Positions 52,025 to 64,000 of a stretch of DNA of 64,000 nt are shown piece after piece. Below the pieces are notes generated by a model. The model was not told the origin of the DNA and did no database searches. It saw nothing but the letters and a program-made list of their open reading frames with translations. Origin of the DNA: Phoronis australis (taxonomy: Eukaryota > Animalia > Phoronida). Positions within the stretch are counted from its first letter, which is position 1; every line of letters starts with the position of its first letter. The DNA is taken from assembly GCA_002633005.1 (NCBI GenBank), contig NMRA01000146.1:85640-149639 (forward strand). The letters run 5' to 3'. Made by a program: the position numbers and the translations under genes.

Positions 52025-55000
52025 AGTACAGTGTGTATGTCGTCCTTGGCTTCGTTGGTGTTACCGATTTCTTTTCGAGAAATCGGCGTCTGCAGTTTGC
52101 ATTGTTGTCATGGGTTTTACAGGTGAGTTAGTGCCAGTGATCTGTACATATTTTGGCTCCATGGTCATCTTCCGTCCAACAATGTTTGAATCAGTGTTGA
52201 TCTGATGTCACTGGTGGTATTTCTGGGAAGATTTTTGATGTTAGTGACAGTGCCGGCGACAATTTCTGGGTAATTTAATGATGGCAATGGCCATGATGGT
52301 GACGATAAAACTGATTTCGATGACGATTTCAGCGTCATCGCTAATGTCAGCGGCGTCGTCGTAATTTACTTCGTCGTTGTGACAGGTATAGGGTGGCACG
52401 ACTGTCTTCACTGGTGTTGCCGTTATTGTAATCGTTTTATTGAGCGATGCTTTCATTTCGGCGCCGACGTCAATATATTTTGAATTCGTGACTGTTGTGT
52501 GTCCGTCAGCATTGCCATCAGTGCTGCAGACAGCGTCGGCATCTTCGTTGATGATGTCTGTTGTGGTCGGTTTTGCTGGCGGTAATTTCGACGAAGTGCA
52601 TAGTGTCATTGAAAGGTCGTCGTCTGTGATGTCGCCCTTTGCATTGTCACCCTTTAATCAGTCTATTTATCAAGTGTCGCTCAGTCAGAGCACTTTCATT
52701 TTTTGATGATTTTATGCGTTAAAATTGATCTCTACATGTTCCATTCTTGGGTTAGGCGCGATTTCAAGGCAGTTCTTCATTGTTCAAGGTCATACTCGTC
52801 CTCTAAAGGGTGTTGTCTGAAACATTAATATACTCTTACTCATTAGAGAGGTTTAGATTTTATGAAAAACTGTTATGTATACGTTTAGTTTTACTTATTA
52901 ATCCACGTGATGTGTTTTTACGACATCGCCGTAAGGCGCTAAACGGAATTCTTTTTTACCCATAAGATTGCTGACAAAAGTACACGTAACTTGAAAACTT
53001 GTACTTTCTTTTGTTAATTACATGTATGTACGTAACATTTCGTCACTTAAGCACTTTGAAAATCGAGTTTGGCAGTTATTACGAACTGCCTGGTTTGTTT
53101 CTGAATCTCCACTTGAGTTTCTGCTGAGTCGTCATGAAAATGCGTCTGGCTAAATCATAAGCGCTGTACATGCATGTGATGCGGCAGCCAGCTCTAACCC
53201 GAAAGACCATAAATATCTGTATCGCCATTTTTGTGGTGAGAAAACTACGTACAGTATGGATAACAATTCTCACCTACCGTGAGGTTATAACACTAATTTT
53301 GCTCGTATGCTTCTAATGTTTATTAAATGTCAAGCTCGTGTTTGAGGTACACGTACAGTAAAAAAGTATTGGTGGCGTGAATAATTAACACGCTTTTAAT
53401 TAATCACAAGTAAATGAAAGTAAAAGTTGAAAAAAACATGAAAAATAAAAATTATCAAATCACGAACAACTTTTTATCAGATTAGATAAGGGTGAGAACG
53501 AAATTGACTTTTGACGACTGGAATTGAGATATTGGTCATATATATGTAAATGTAGCACTCAACAGCAATGTTGCACTATTATTTCATCTCTGAAAAGTGG
53601 TAGTAGTCTAAATTCGTAATCGAAATCGAAATCGAATTTTGTTCATCATTTTCAGTTTTCCTTTTGTGCGAACTCATCAAGTCGGTTTCAAAATAGTCCT
53701 TACACAGATAAAAATCTTAGTTTTGTTGTCAACTGAAGTCACGCGCGACTCGTGCAGGCGCCACATCCTGATCGAACTCTAAGAATTTTGAAAGCGTTTT
53801 CTTGACATTGCTGACGATTTCGATGTTCTAGTTTGAAATCGAAATAGAATCTTGCCACATTAAAGAATATCTTGAGACCAATTTTATGAGCGTAAAATCC
53901 TAATTCTGTTTTCATTGTTTAACCAGTAAAAATGGCGCAGTCCTAGCAAAACAACAGCATCATTGACGAGAACAATGGTTTCATGAAAATGCCCCCATTA
54001 CAATTACATGTACCTAATTTACTAATTTATTAATTCGTTTTCATTACAATCCACGTTTTGTGCATGTTTCAATAAATTACGAAATCCTAATTTTTACATC
54101 TGAAATAACCGTTAAGTGAATCCAAATTATCCCCTCATGTTGTCTTGAGCCAGCGAGCCACTCTTTTTCGGGGCTACAACGAAGTTCCCAAATTAGGCTT
54201 AGCTTCACAATAAGCCCCTTGCGTCAAAATGTCGTTTTTTACATTAAAGCACTTGAAAAAATTCTGTTAAATTACATTAGTTCGAATGTAGAAGCATGAG
54301 CTCGAAAATCTGCCTACATGTACGTGATAATACGCTATTAGTAATAATACAAATTTGTAACAACAATATACATGTAATATTATTGGTAAAATAGATCGAA
54401 GTATATTAGTGATTTAAAGGAGTTACGGCAATAAAATACAAAATGAAACTAACAACAACATTAGCAGTAATAATAACAAACTAGACAACAATATTGTTAA
54501 TATTCACATAAATAATGAACCCTCAACACTTAATGCGCGGTCTTTATAAATAATAGCACATCGTTATTGACTTTCCCTCAACTTCAGGGATAAAGTGGCG
54601 CTAAGGTGAGTTCGAGGCAACCTATGTTACGGCATAGATTAATAGTCTATGGTTACGGCGACTTCTTAATGGAAGTTAAGGAAATATCACATGTACGTAA
54701 GAGGTGAAGCTATGTTGATTACAAATTAGCAGATTTATGTGCATTGTGAATGAGACGATAAGTTAATGTGAACTTAAGGTTATCTCAGAACTTATTTAGT
54801 GGTCTCTATTCCAAGTCGTATGTCAAAAAAGTAAGCTTTTTTCAACAAGTAAAACTATATATTTTCTGAAAGAAAAAAGACCAGGAAATATTAATATACG
54901 TTTTGTATTTATGAACCATTATAGTTATTGCGTTAATACCTTTTTAAGTTAAAACTTCATTTTTAAGAAAGGCACATTCATATCAAACTAACCCCTCGGT

Positions 55001-55461
55001 CGATTTTAATGAAACCTTTTTTTAAATAAAAATTTCACCAGTTACCTCAAAAACGCTGCTAGGAATTTTCGATTAGTTTCTTTGTTTGGTTTCTATGACA
55101 TATCAACTCGAAAAACGTAAGGTATTTTTGTAAAATAGAAGTCGTGTTCGTCTTTGTTATATTACACAAAAACTAAGACTTTATATCAAAAAAATCTAAT
55201 AGCGTGTTTAAGATTGATGGATAAATATTAAGTTTAGAAAGTAATCCACCAAGTCGTTTTCGAGAACTCGTGTTCCTAATTCAAATATAGTCTATTTGAT
55301 GAAGCCGAGACAAAGCTGATTAAACTGGGGCGAGTGAAAATCTAAAAGTCTTCAGTTAATTTTTCGGTGAAAACTTGTTTTCGGTAAATATAACCTATAC
55401 ATACTTTAACCATGTTAGCTATTTCAGCATTCACTCGCAATGTTAACTGAATTTGCAGTGC

Positions 55462-58400
55462 ATAATGAGATTTAGGGAACTCTGACATAAATCCTGTTAT
55501 TTGGGCAAATACCGTTATACAGCCCTTCATGCTTCATATCCAAGCCCTGGTTAGTTCCTACCAAGTCCGATGGTTGCGCTTTGTTCTCTCTCTCCAGCTT
55601 CCTGTTGGCCCAGCCTCAGGCAACAGTACATTCACTCGTAAGTTTTCTTAATTAGACAAGTTTATACCTAGTAGACTCTTTCCCGTTCGTCGTTAATTGT
55701 CCTGCACAAACGATACTTCCCTTATCTATTATTTGTAGCCACAGATGGCTTTTCTAACGGCCGATTTCTTTCGATTCTAATGATCCCTCAAACCCAAACC
55801 AATCCCTCGCCATTTCACACTGGGTATAAGTGGGATATCTTGTGACAATCACCGTCTGCTTTGGGGATGAGACCCGTCGGCGAGGTATAAAGGTTATCAA
55901 CGGGGCTGGTAGGACAGGGGCTAGTCTACACGTAGCCTCTCGGTTGGCCGGTTAGGGGCTAGAATAAGTTCCCATTGCTTTGTGCACCCTTTCGTCTAGC
56001 CATATCCGGCCACTGATTTTGAGTTTCACCTCGTCAAAAAATACATTCCACACGTAAAACTATCACTTAAAAAAGCGCTTCCTTTCTTCATGGATCCATT
56101 TATTTTACTTCTACACATACATGTATCTTCGATGAAGCTTAGTTATGAGATTGGGGTGATTTTGCCGAAGAATTTCAACTCCACTTTTTTGGTTCCCGTT
56201 GACTTTTTCACCGCGCGCGCCATAACCCAAAGTATGTCCACTGAGTCACGCGCGTTAGACAAAGGCTAGCGCGAGGCAGAGCGAAGCGCGTGACGATAGT
56301 GCGTGACACTAGCTATTTTAAGCCTTGAACAAGGAGTGAAGCACAGTTGGGGTCTGGGTACCCATGTAGAATGAGCTTGAATGCCAACGGTTGACAAGTG
56401 TGTGACCTAGGCTCCAGTCGTACTTATGGTTTGGGTACATGGCGGATACTGGATTTACATAACACTAGACTTGGTACTATTCCAACAGGACTGGAGGTAT
56501 TATTGATGTAAACAGATGCGATTTACATTGGGTTAAGACCTGGATGAGAATCTATCCCATATAGCCGTGAAGCCTGATGCGGTAAAGCTCGAAAGTGCCG
56601 CGTCTAACATGGAAGTGTCCTCATATAGCGCGCAACCACTTTGGTGGGTAAAATAATAGTAATAAAATTTTAATAATAAAAAGTATAACAATTAAAAAAC
56701 TAATAATAATAATCAAATAATAATAATAAAAATAATAAAAAGCATAAAAATAATAAAATAACAATAATGAATAATAATAATAAATAATAATAATAGAATA
56801 ATAATAATAATAAAATTCTAATAATAATACTAAAAAATAATACTAATATTAATAAAATAACAATAATAATAAAAAAGTAAAAAAAAATAAAAATAAAAAA
56901 AAAACTTTACATCTCTGTTGACATTTTATTTGACTTTCCATGAACGATACGGAAATACTGTACGCACCCTTGGATATGTCGTTTGTTAGGCCTTTTCAAG
57001 TACTTCGTCACCGGCCATAACCCTACCATGTTTATCTACCCTTTTGACCTGCATACTTCCTTCCGAACGAACACTTAAAAAATATATATACGTTACCACC
57101 GCACGGAAAAAAAATCAATAAAAAATTAAGAAACCAAAATATAATACAACTAATAAACAAACTAAAACGTACACTAAAATATTGCTACAAATTAAATAAA
57201 TAACAATTGAAAAATAAACTAATACAATAAAAATAATAATAACAAGAAAACGTGTTAAACATTTTAAAACACTCGTGTCAATTGCTATCACATAATACTT
57301 CACATTTCGTTCTCTCAGCATAATTTTAACCTATTCCAACCGCGCTTACCGTTAATGCGTCAACTTTTGTTTTCGTCTACCATCGTGGTCGGGTATTTCC
57401 CACCAGGACGATTTTCGAATAGTCGGCTACTGTAGTGCCAGATAGGCGGACGTTATGATCGATGAGATCACGTCTCACATGCCTGCTAAGTTGTCCACTG
57501 CCCAGGCGCGTACAGCTCAGTCGTACGAAATCTGCGCTCGAGTGCCTTCAGAGCGAGGGCATGACCCGCTTAAGCTGGTTCCTTTAATTTTACGATTTTC
57601 GTGGATACTAGTTCATTTCAGTGTAATTAGGTCTAAGCCAGTAACTCTAACAGTTGTCCTTACCCGCTGAAGTAGGGTCGTTTTCATCTGCAACCCAGGA
57701 TCCACTACACCCGGGCTATTAGTAGGCCTAAACAGTATCCATGTCACTGCGCCAAGTTTTTGAAAACGCGTCACTGTCACACTAGTGGGTTACATCTGCC
57801 CGTTTAGGCGTATAAATCATATCAGATTACCAGTAATGTCTGACTTATTTTAACACAAGATTTTTATTTACGATTTCAAAATCTTGTAACCTTTCATTTT
57901 GTTGACCTACATTGCACGCAAATGTGCCTAACCTACTTCCTAAAATTTCGTCACCAAAGCATATTGGGATCACACTAGCCCAAATTCAGTTGCAGTGCTC
58001 ATTGACCCAGATTTCAGGGTAGTTGGCCAGCCTGTGGTTTCACTCTCATGTAAATTACACAATAACTTGTTGCATAGTGCTGATGACCTCGTGCCAGCAA
58101 TGGAACTTTCTAGACTAAACTTTCATGATACCAGAACCCTAGGCTTAATTGCATTTACTGACTAGTTGTGCCCATCTTTTCCTGACATCGACAGCACAAA
58201 TGTTATTTGTCCTTTTGCTTAGCTCTAGGATATTCGTTGAACACAATGATAGGGTCCTAGGCCTTTACTGCCAATCATATTTTGTAGACCAAGTTGCTTC
58301 CTGATTTGTGTACTTGGTGTTGTCTATTTTATACGACTTGGGGTATCATTATTCCTGAGAGCCTGTTGCTGCTCTGCTCTCTCGTATAGTTGTGTTCTGT

Positions 58401-61063
58401 AGGATTTTTATAGATATTTTATTTTTCTTAGACATATAGTAGTCATCCAAGTTTCCGTATGAAGGTCTGTCTCTGGCAGATAGCTTGATACATGGTTTTA
58501 ATTAATGATTTTTATCAAGCTGTCAGTTTTCATCTTAAAGGCATCAGCAAATAAATAGGACTGTTTGAATAATGATTTTAGATCTGTTCATACTCTTTAT
58601 ATGAAATGACATCTCCCATGCTGATGGTCCTTTACCTTCCCTCCACCATTACATCTTTCCTAACTTATGTAAAAAAAAATAAAAGCAAATAAAACTATTT
58701 AAAAAAAATAAATAACAAATATAAAAAACTAAATAACAAATATATTTAAAAACTAAATAAATAACATTTAAAAAATAAATAAAAATAAAAAAAATGTTAA
58801 AAAACTAAATAAAAATGTTTTATAAAAAACTACAATCTTTCTGTTCTCAGTACAATTTTGCAGCGAGTTTCCTTAACAGCACATGCTTCCGTGTGAGGTT
58901 ACTCCCCATCCATTGTCACAAGGCTTACCTCTTCTGGTACGCAAGTTAATTGTTCCACCGCAATACCAACACCTTCGCACATAGGAACCTGAACGCCAGT
59001 TCGCTTCGGCTGCTCTACCCTAGCTCATACATGTACATGATGCATTAGATTCGTAATAATTGGGGGGCACTGAACTTGAGGTACTAAAGTGTGCCCTAAA
59101 CCGGCTGAATTTCGCCAGGATTTGCCGCGATATGAGTGAGGGTTAGTTGGCCTTTGGGGGCGGCTTGGACCCGAGGAAAGCCCGGCCGGGAGCGTAGGAT
59201 GGTCCTGTGCCATGCGATGCTCGGGTGGGAACCACCGCAGGTCCTCCAGGTAGGTTTGTGCTTGGACCGTTATGTGGTGCAATTTCCCTTGTAGTTAAGG
59301 CATAACAGTGTCTGCTAGGTGAGTGTGGTATGGGGTCAGTAGGGGTGCCTGTAATGTATAGCAACCACAACTCCGGCTCTCTCGGCGACCAGGTGTGGCT
59401 GGGCTTCGAACTTGGCGGGAGCGGTACTGCTCACCGTGAGGTATCCAATCTGTCCCCGTGTGCCGTGCCCCAAGTCTAACATCGTGCCTGCACCCCGGAG
59501 GGCGGGGGGGGCGAGCTTTACTGAATATGGAGGCAAATCCGGGACTGGTATCAGTCCTTTTCTCATTCCTTCTGACTACCTTTTTCTCCCATCCCCTGTC
59601 ACTCCTCTACCAGGGTCACGGCCCCCACGTGAGTTGTGGCGGTGGACAGGATTGTTCATCCATGAACAACCCTGCCCATGTGGCACATACTGAGCCACAA
59701 CACCACGTTCCTTACAATATCTCTTTTTATCACTCCGGCTGGTCTGCTCACTCAGCTTGTCCGGAACCTGCTTTGCAGGTTGTTATAGCCCAGTTGGCTG
59801 TTTGGTGTACCCACTTGGTACTTTATATGATATTTGCCCATTTGGCAGTTTGTACCCACTTGGTACTTGTTATTGAATTTGCCGCTTTGCTCGACCCAGT
59901 TGGTAAGCAATCGGCCAATACCCATTTGGTATTATGTACCCATTTGGTACTATGCTAACCTGTGCCACTTAGTATCCGATACTCAATTACACTTTGGGTA
60001 TCGGAAATGTGCGTGTTGTCTCTTGTAATTAAGGAACCCATCTGGTTCCTTCTGTGAAATATTTATTTGTAGAGCTGTGACCCTGAAATTGCCAATACAA
60101 CTTAAAATATTTATTATTCTTGTTGTTTTATTTGTCCCCAATAATGAGATTTATGGTACTCTGACATAAATCCTATTATTTGGGCAAATACCGTTATACA
60201 GCCCTTCATGCTTCATATCCAACCCCTGGTTAGCTCCTACCAAGTCCGATGGTTGCGCTTTGTTCTCTCTCTCCAGCTTCCTGTTGGCCCAGCCTCAAGC
60301 AACAGTACATTCACCCGTAAGTTTTCCTAATTAGACAAGTTTATACCTCTCCCGCCCTCTCTACCCGGGGTACCACAAAATTTCATGTCAACCGTTTTCT
60401 ACCTTTCCCACGCTCCATCCCTTTTGCCGAACAAAATCTGCTGTTGGTTATTGTTGTTTTTACAGCCACTGCTGGTACCTTCTTCAAGCCCGGAGCGTGT
60501 TACCGTCAGGGAAGAACCGACGTCATTGGCTGGCGACCAGACCTGTACTTGAGCATCCATTACTGCAGCTTGCTCCTCTCCACCCCGGTCACAGCTATCG
60601 GCACATACTGAGCCACAACACCACGTTCCTTACAATATCTCTTTTTATCACTCCGGCTGGTCTGCTCACTCAGCTTGTCCGGAACCTGCTTTGCAGGTTG
60701 TTATAGCCCAGTTGGCTGTTTGGTGTACCCACTTGGTACTTTATATGATATTTGCCCATTTGGCAGTTTGTACCCACTTGGTACTTGTTATTGAATTTGC
60801 CGCTTTGCTCGACCCAGTTGGTAGGCAATCGGCTAATACCCATTTGGTATTATGTACCCATTTGGTACTATACTAACCTGTGCCGCTTAGTATCCGATAC
60901 TCAATTGCACTTTGGGTATCGGAAATGTGTGTGTTGTCTCTTGTAATTAATGAACCCATCTGGTTCCTTCTGTGAAATATTTATTTGTAGAGCTGTGACC
61001 CTGAAATTGCCAATACAACTTAAAATATTAATTATTCTTGTTGTTTTATTTGTCACCAATAAT
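55462..61063 (+). mobile_element. Ngaro/DIRS-like element with split direct repeats (A1...B1-A2-B2), non-autonomous or decayed
   Basis: A1 55462-55669 = A2 60141-60348; B1 59682-60145 = B2 60600-61063. The B1/A2 junction and both ends share TAAT. No intact RT or tyrosine recombinase ORF. Confidence 0.75.
56650..56905. repeat. (AAT)n/poly-A low-complexity tract
   Basis: Directly visible. Similar tracts lie at ~57110-57245 and ~58670-58830. Confidence 0.85.
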
Positions 61064-63489
61064 TAACTTAATTATCAATAAAACGCACTGTCCCCAGCCA
61101 CGATGTAGGATCAACAGATACTGTTGCTTGACCTACTTAAAAATAGGTCACAGCTCCTTGCTATAGAAATAGTCTGTAGACGTCAGGTGCCGGGAGAATG
61201 ATGCAAAACCAAGTAAGAAATGGATAACAAAAGTCGAATCTGTTGTTAAAGCATGTCGTTAGCATGAGATCGAAACATCGAAATGTCAATTTATGAATCG
61301 AATTAAGGAATTAAGGTGAGGAATTATCTCTTTTCACAACTTGCTGTTTTGTCTTTGTTTTCTCAGGCACTGTTCTATCATATGAACACCTCGTTGACAC
61401 AATATTATGGCGACTCGGTGAATTAAAGGACTTTGGGTACATACAGAGCTGCTCTGTACCTGGAGGGAAGTTAGATTTGAGTTACAGCCCCGTAACCTTT
61501 GTCCTCGGATAAGTAGTAAATAAATATCCACGCGACTGTACTGTTCCAAGTTGGTTCTGCTAAATCTTTTTTTTCTCGCTACACGGTGTATGCTCCCCAA
61601 GAAGGAGGACAAGATATTTTGCTAGACACAAATGAAATGTTTTAAAAATGCCTAATCTTTGTGAATAAAGTTTGAGATAACCTTAAGATGCAGTGGCTTC
61701 AATTTAGTCAGCCCAGGAGCAATGCCGAGTTTTGTGAGTGCATGGCCGTCTTAGTTAGAAGTTCACTGGCATGAGTGGTCACGAGGGCGTTAGCCTGGTA
61801 ACGAGACTCAAGTCAAGCGACGATGGTGTGCGTTACAAATGCCGCACCAGGTGTACCTAAAAGTTCATATTTTTGTGTAAAACAAGATCAAAACTTAGCA
61901 GGAAAATAAGACACATCTTACCCGGGTCTGATATGTATTCGATACGCTCGACATTTACTTCACGAGTGACAACCCCTCTATCCATTATCATAACAAAAGA
62001 AGCTGCAAAGGTTAGGAAAACCATGCGAAGGTATAAAACGAGCTTCAATTTCATCGTTCTTCAAACTGACGCGAGTGACACGGGTCATGAATCTTCACTT
62101 GGAGGAGATCTTTGTTTCCGTTTTGAAACGACACGCCTTTTTATTTGACGAGCATGATATTCGTTTCATCAAATTTCACTAATTGCTGGATTTTAGGGTT
62201 CCTCTCATACGCAAATGGAGCCTCTGATTAAAATTTCATGTCCTAAATTACGTGTAGACTGTTCCTAATTCTTCGTAGTACTCCAAGTACATAATAAAAC
62301 AATTGATTTAGTTATGCGACTGTCCAAACGGGCTGTTGTCTTACATTAGAGATTGATCATTAGCATAGGTCTATAGATCTGAATGCTAACTTCGATCTCG
62401 CGCACCTGAGACTGCATCGCACATGCGTGGGATTTGGTTGCATTCGTTAGTCGTTTGAATACTGTCAGATATCATAATCTTTATCAATAAACACATTGTT
62501 CTTTATTTCATCATTAACTGTCAACGTCAGCTGAATTTGCAGTGAGTAATTTACTTATTTGTCCATAGAATTTTTTATAATAATGTACTTTTTTAACGCC
62601 TGGATTCAAACTGTACATGGTAGGTTAGAGGAGGACAGTGCATTGTGGTGCACAACTTTTGAATACGAGGGAGACTGATTATCTGAAAGCCCACTACGAA
62701 ATGGAATGTCTATGGTTAAAGCGCGCTCTGTGTACGAAATTGAAACAGCGAAACGTCTGTTAATGATAAAATGAATGAATTTGGGTAGGGTTTATCTTTT
62801 TTACGACTTGCTTAATGAAAACAGGGACCGCGCGGCATTTCGGCACACTCTTTTTCAACGGTCGTATGTAAACAGACACACAACTCTCGGGATGAAAACT
62901 GTACATATAATATTTTATTTTGTTTCACATGGCATCGGTACATCTCGTTGCCTCGATAATATATCAAATCAGTGAATATACATGTATGTATGAAGGGACT
63001 GAAATGTGGGTACATACAGGTAAAAAATTGTGGCGGGTGATTCAATTTTGAGAGCCCCGCTCTTTAACCTTTTAACATGGATAAGCATTTAAAGGTGGTT
63101 CTGCAAAATTTTTGTTCTCGCTACATGTCACCTATTTCGCATTTGAAAGAAAATAAGATGCTTTGCTTGACCTATGATGAACATTGCAACAACATACAAT
63201 TTTTGTGAGAAATGTGTGAGATAATCTTCTTAATCTAAAGTCCAAATTGTGGAAAATAGCAGTGTCATGATGAACCCCTCGTGTACTAATTTTCGACTAA
63301 TGGACTAATTAGTCAACTAATTAAATTAGTTCACCAAACATGCATTATTGAGGACATCAATTAATGAAAGGTTCAATAGTAACACATCAATGAAATGGAG
63401 CATGCGGTTTTATAAGTGATTAATTCAGCCCGGGAATACATGTAGTTTCAAGCATTTTAAAATATTGCTAACGGATAGAGACAAACAGA

Positions 63490-63735
63490 CGATTTCATAA
63501 AGGTGGTTTAAAGTTAAACATGGTTTAAACTAGACTTAGACCAGGTTTAAAGATAACCTGCATTTCATAAAGGTGGTTTAACTTTTAGACCAGTGGTCTA
63601 GTAAAACCTGGTTTAACCCCAGTTTAGACCTGGTCTAAGTCAGTTTTCATTTCACCAACGAGGTCTATATTCTTTAGTCCTGTATTAAGATCTTAAACCA
63701 TGTTTAACTTTAGACTTGGTCAGACCCAGGTTTCA
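63490..63735. repeat. Palindrome-rich MITE-type terminal region
   Basis: ATTTCATAAAGGTGGTTTAA occurs twice. GACTTAGACCAGGT and ACCTGGTCTAAGTC are inverted copies. Confidence 0.55.
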
Positions 63736-64000
63736 GTTAACTGTTAAATACGTCAGACTTGCATGGTATGGGTACAACTGAATGATGTCGCGGAGTGCAT
63801 TTGCGAGGAAGTTTTAGAGGAGAAAATGGACTATTTTCAATATTCAGTTTTATTACGGGGCGGATCTAGGATTTTTAAAGGGGAGGGGGCAGTCAAGGAC
63901 TTTTTGAAAGAGGGGACCAAGCCAACAATTTAAAAATTATAGATTTGATATAACTAAAATCAAGAGAAAAAGGGCTCCGGACACCTTGACCCCTGGATCC

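Larger units (their letters stand above)
54778..61682. mobile_element. TTAA-flanked Kolobok-type non-autonomous element interrupted by the Ngaro-like insertion
   Basis: TTAA|GGTTATCTCAGAACTT ... AAGTTTGAGATAACC|TTAA. About 1.3 kb after removing 55462-61063. The TIR is short, so the pairing is moderately supported. Confidence 0.6.

Noticed and set aside
52241-52706. 122-aa and 88-aa ORFs rich in D/T/A/I
   Set aside because: Look like decayed GAT/GAC trinucleotide low complexity; no domain or splice support.
56570-56600. CTGATGC...CGAAA hammerhead-like motif
   Set aside because: The core deviates from CUGANGA and I could not find the flanking helices.
59458-60946. Repeated ORFs with THLVL motifs
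   Set aside because: Translation of internal ACCCAYTTGGTA sub-repeats in the B repeat; probably non-coding.
61737-61810. GTGCATGGCCGTCTTAGTT...AACGAGACTC resembling 18S rRNA
   Set aside because: Only two short matches, with a non-matching interior and flanks; not an rRNA gene.

Overview
AT-rich, repeat-dense animal genomic DNA, probably from a marine invertebrate (inferred from GT-AG introns and the transposon families), with one 660-N gap. Most of the supplied ORF track is noise because the real coding signal is split by introns. By hand I reconstruct: (i) an apparently intact 5-exon, 294-aa secreted protein gene (+, 6625-14286; signal peptide, PAN/apple-like module and an unnamed C-terminal domain), with a frameshifted duplicate of exons 4-5; (ii) a spliced, minus-strand homologue of the catalytic half-barrel of cobalamin-independent methionine synthase (core MetE-like, 31214-34903), with Zn ligands intact but one in-frame stop and no visible 5' exon; (iii) a C-type lectin/discoidin-like pseudogene; (iv) two TTAA-flanked Kolobok derivatives carrying THAP and KolX (P2X7-ballast-like) coding remnants, plus a third TTAA-flanked non-coding element; (v) a Ngaro-like split-direct-repeat element with a paralogous empty site; (vi) a tandem or nested Helentron-type (HINE) array; (vii) a solo LTR rich in heat-shock elements; (viii) a MITE family with 5-bp TSDs, a DD37D transposase relic, and indels shaped like Tc1/mariner excision footprints. 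All family assignments come from motif recognition, not database searches.
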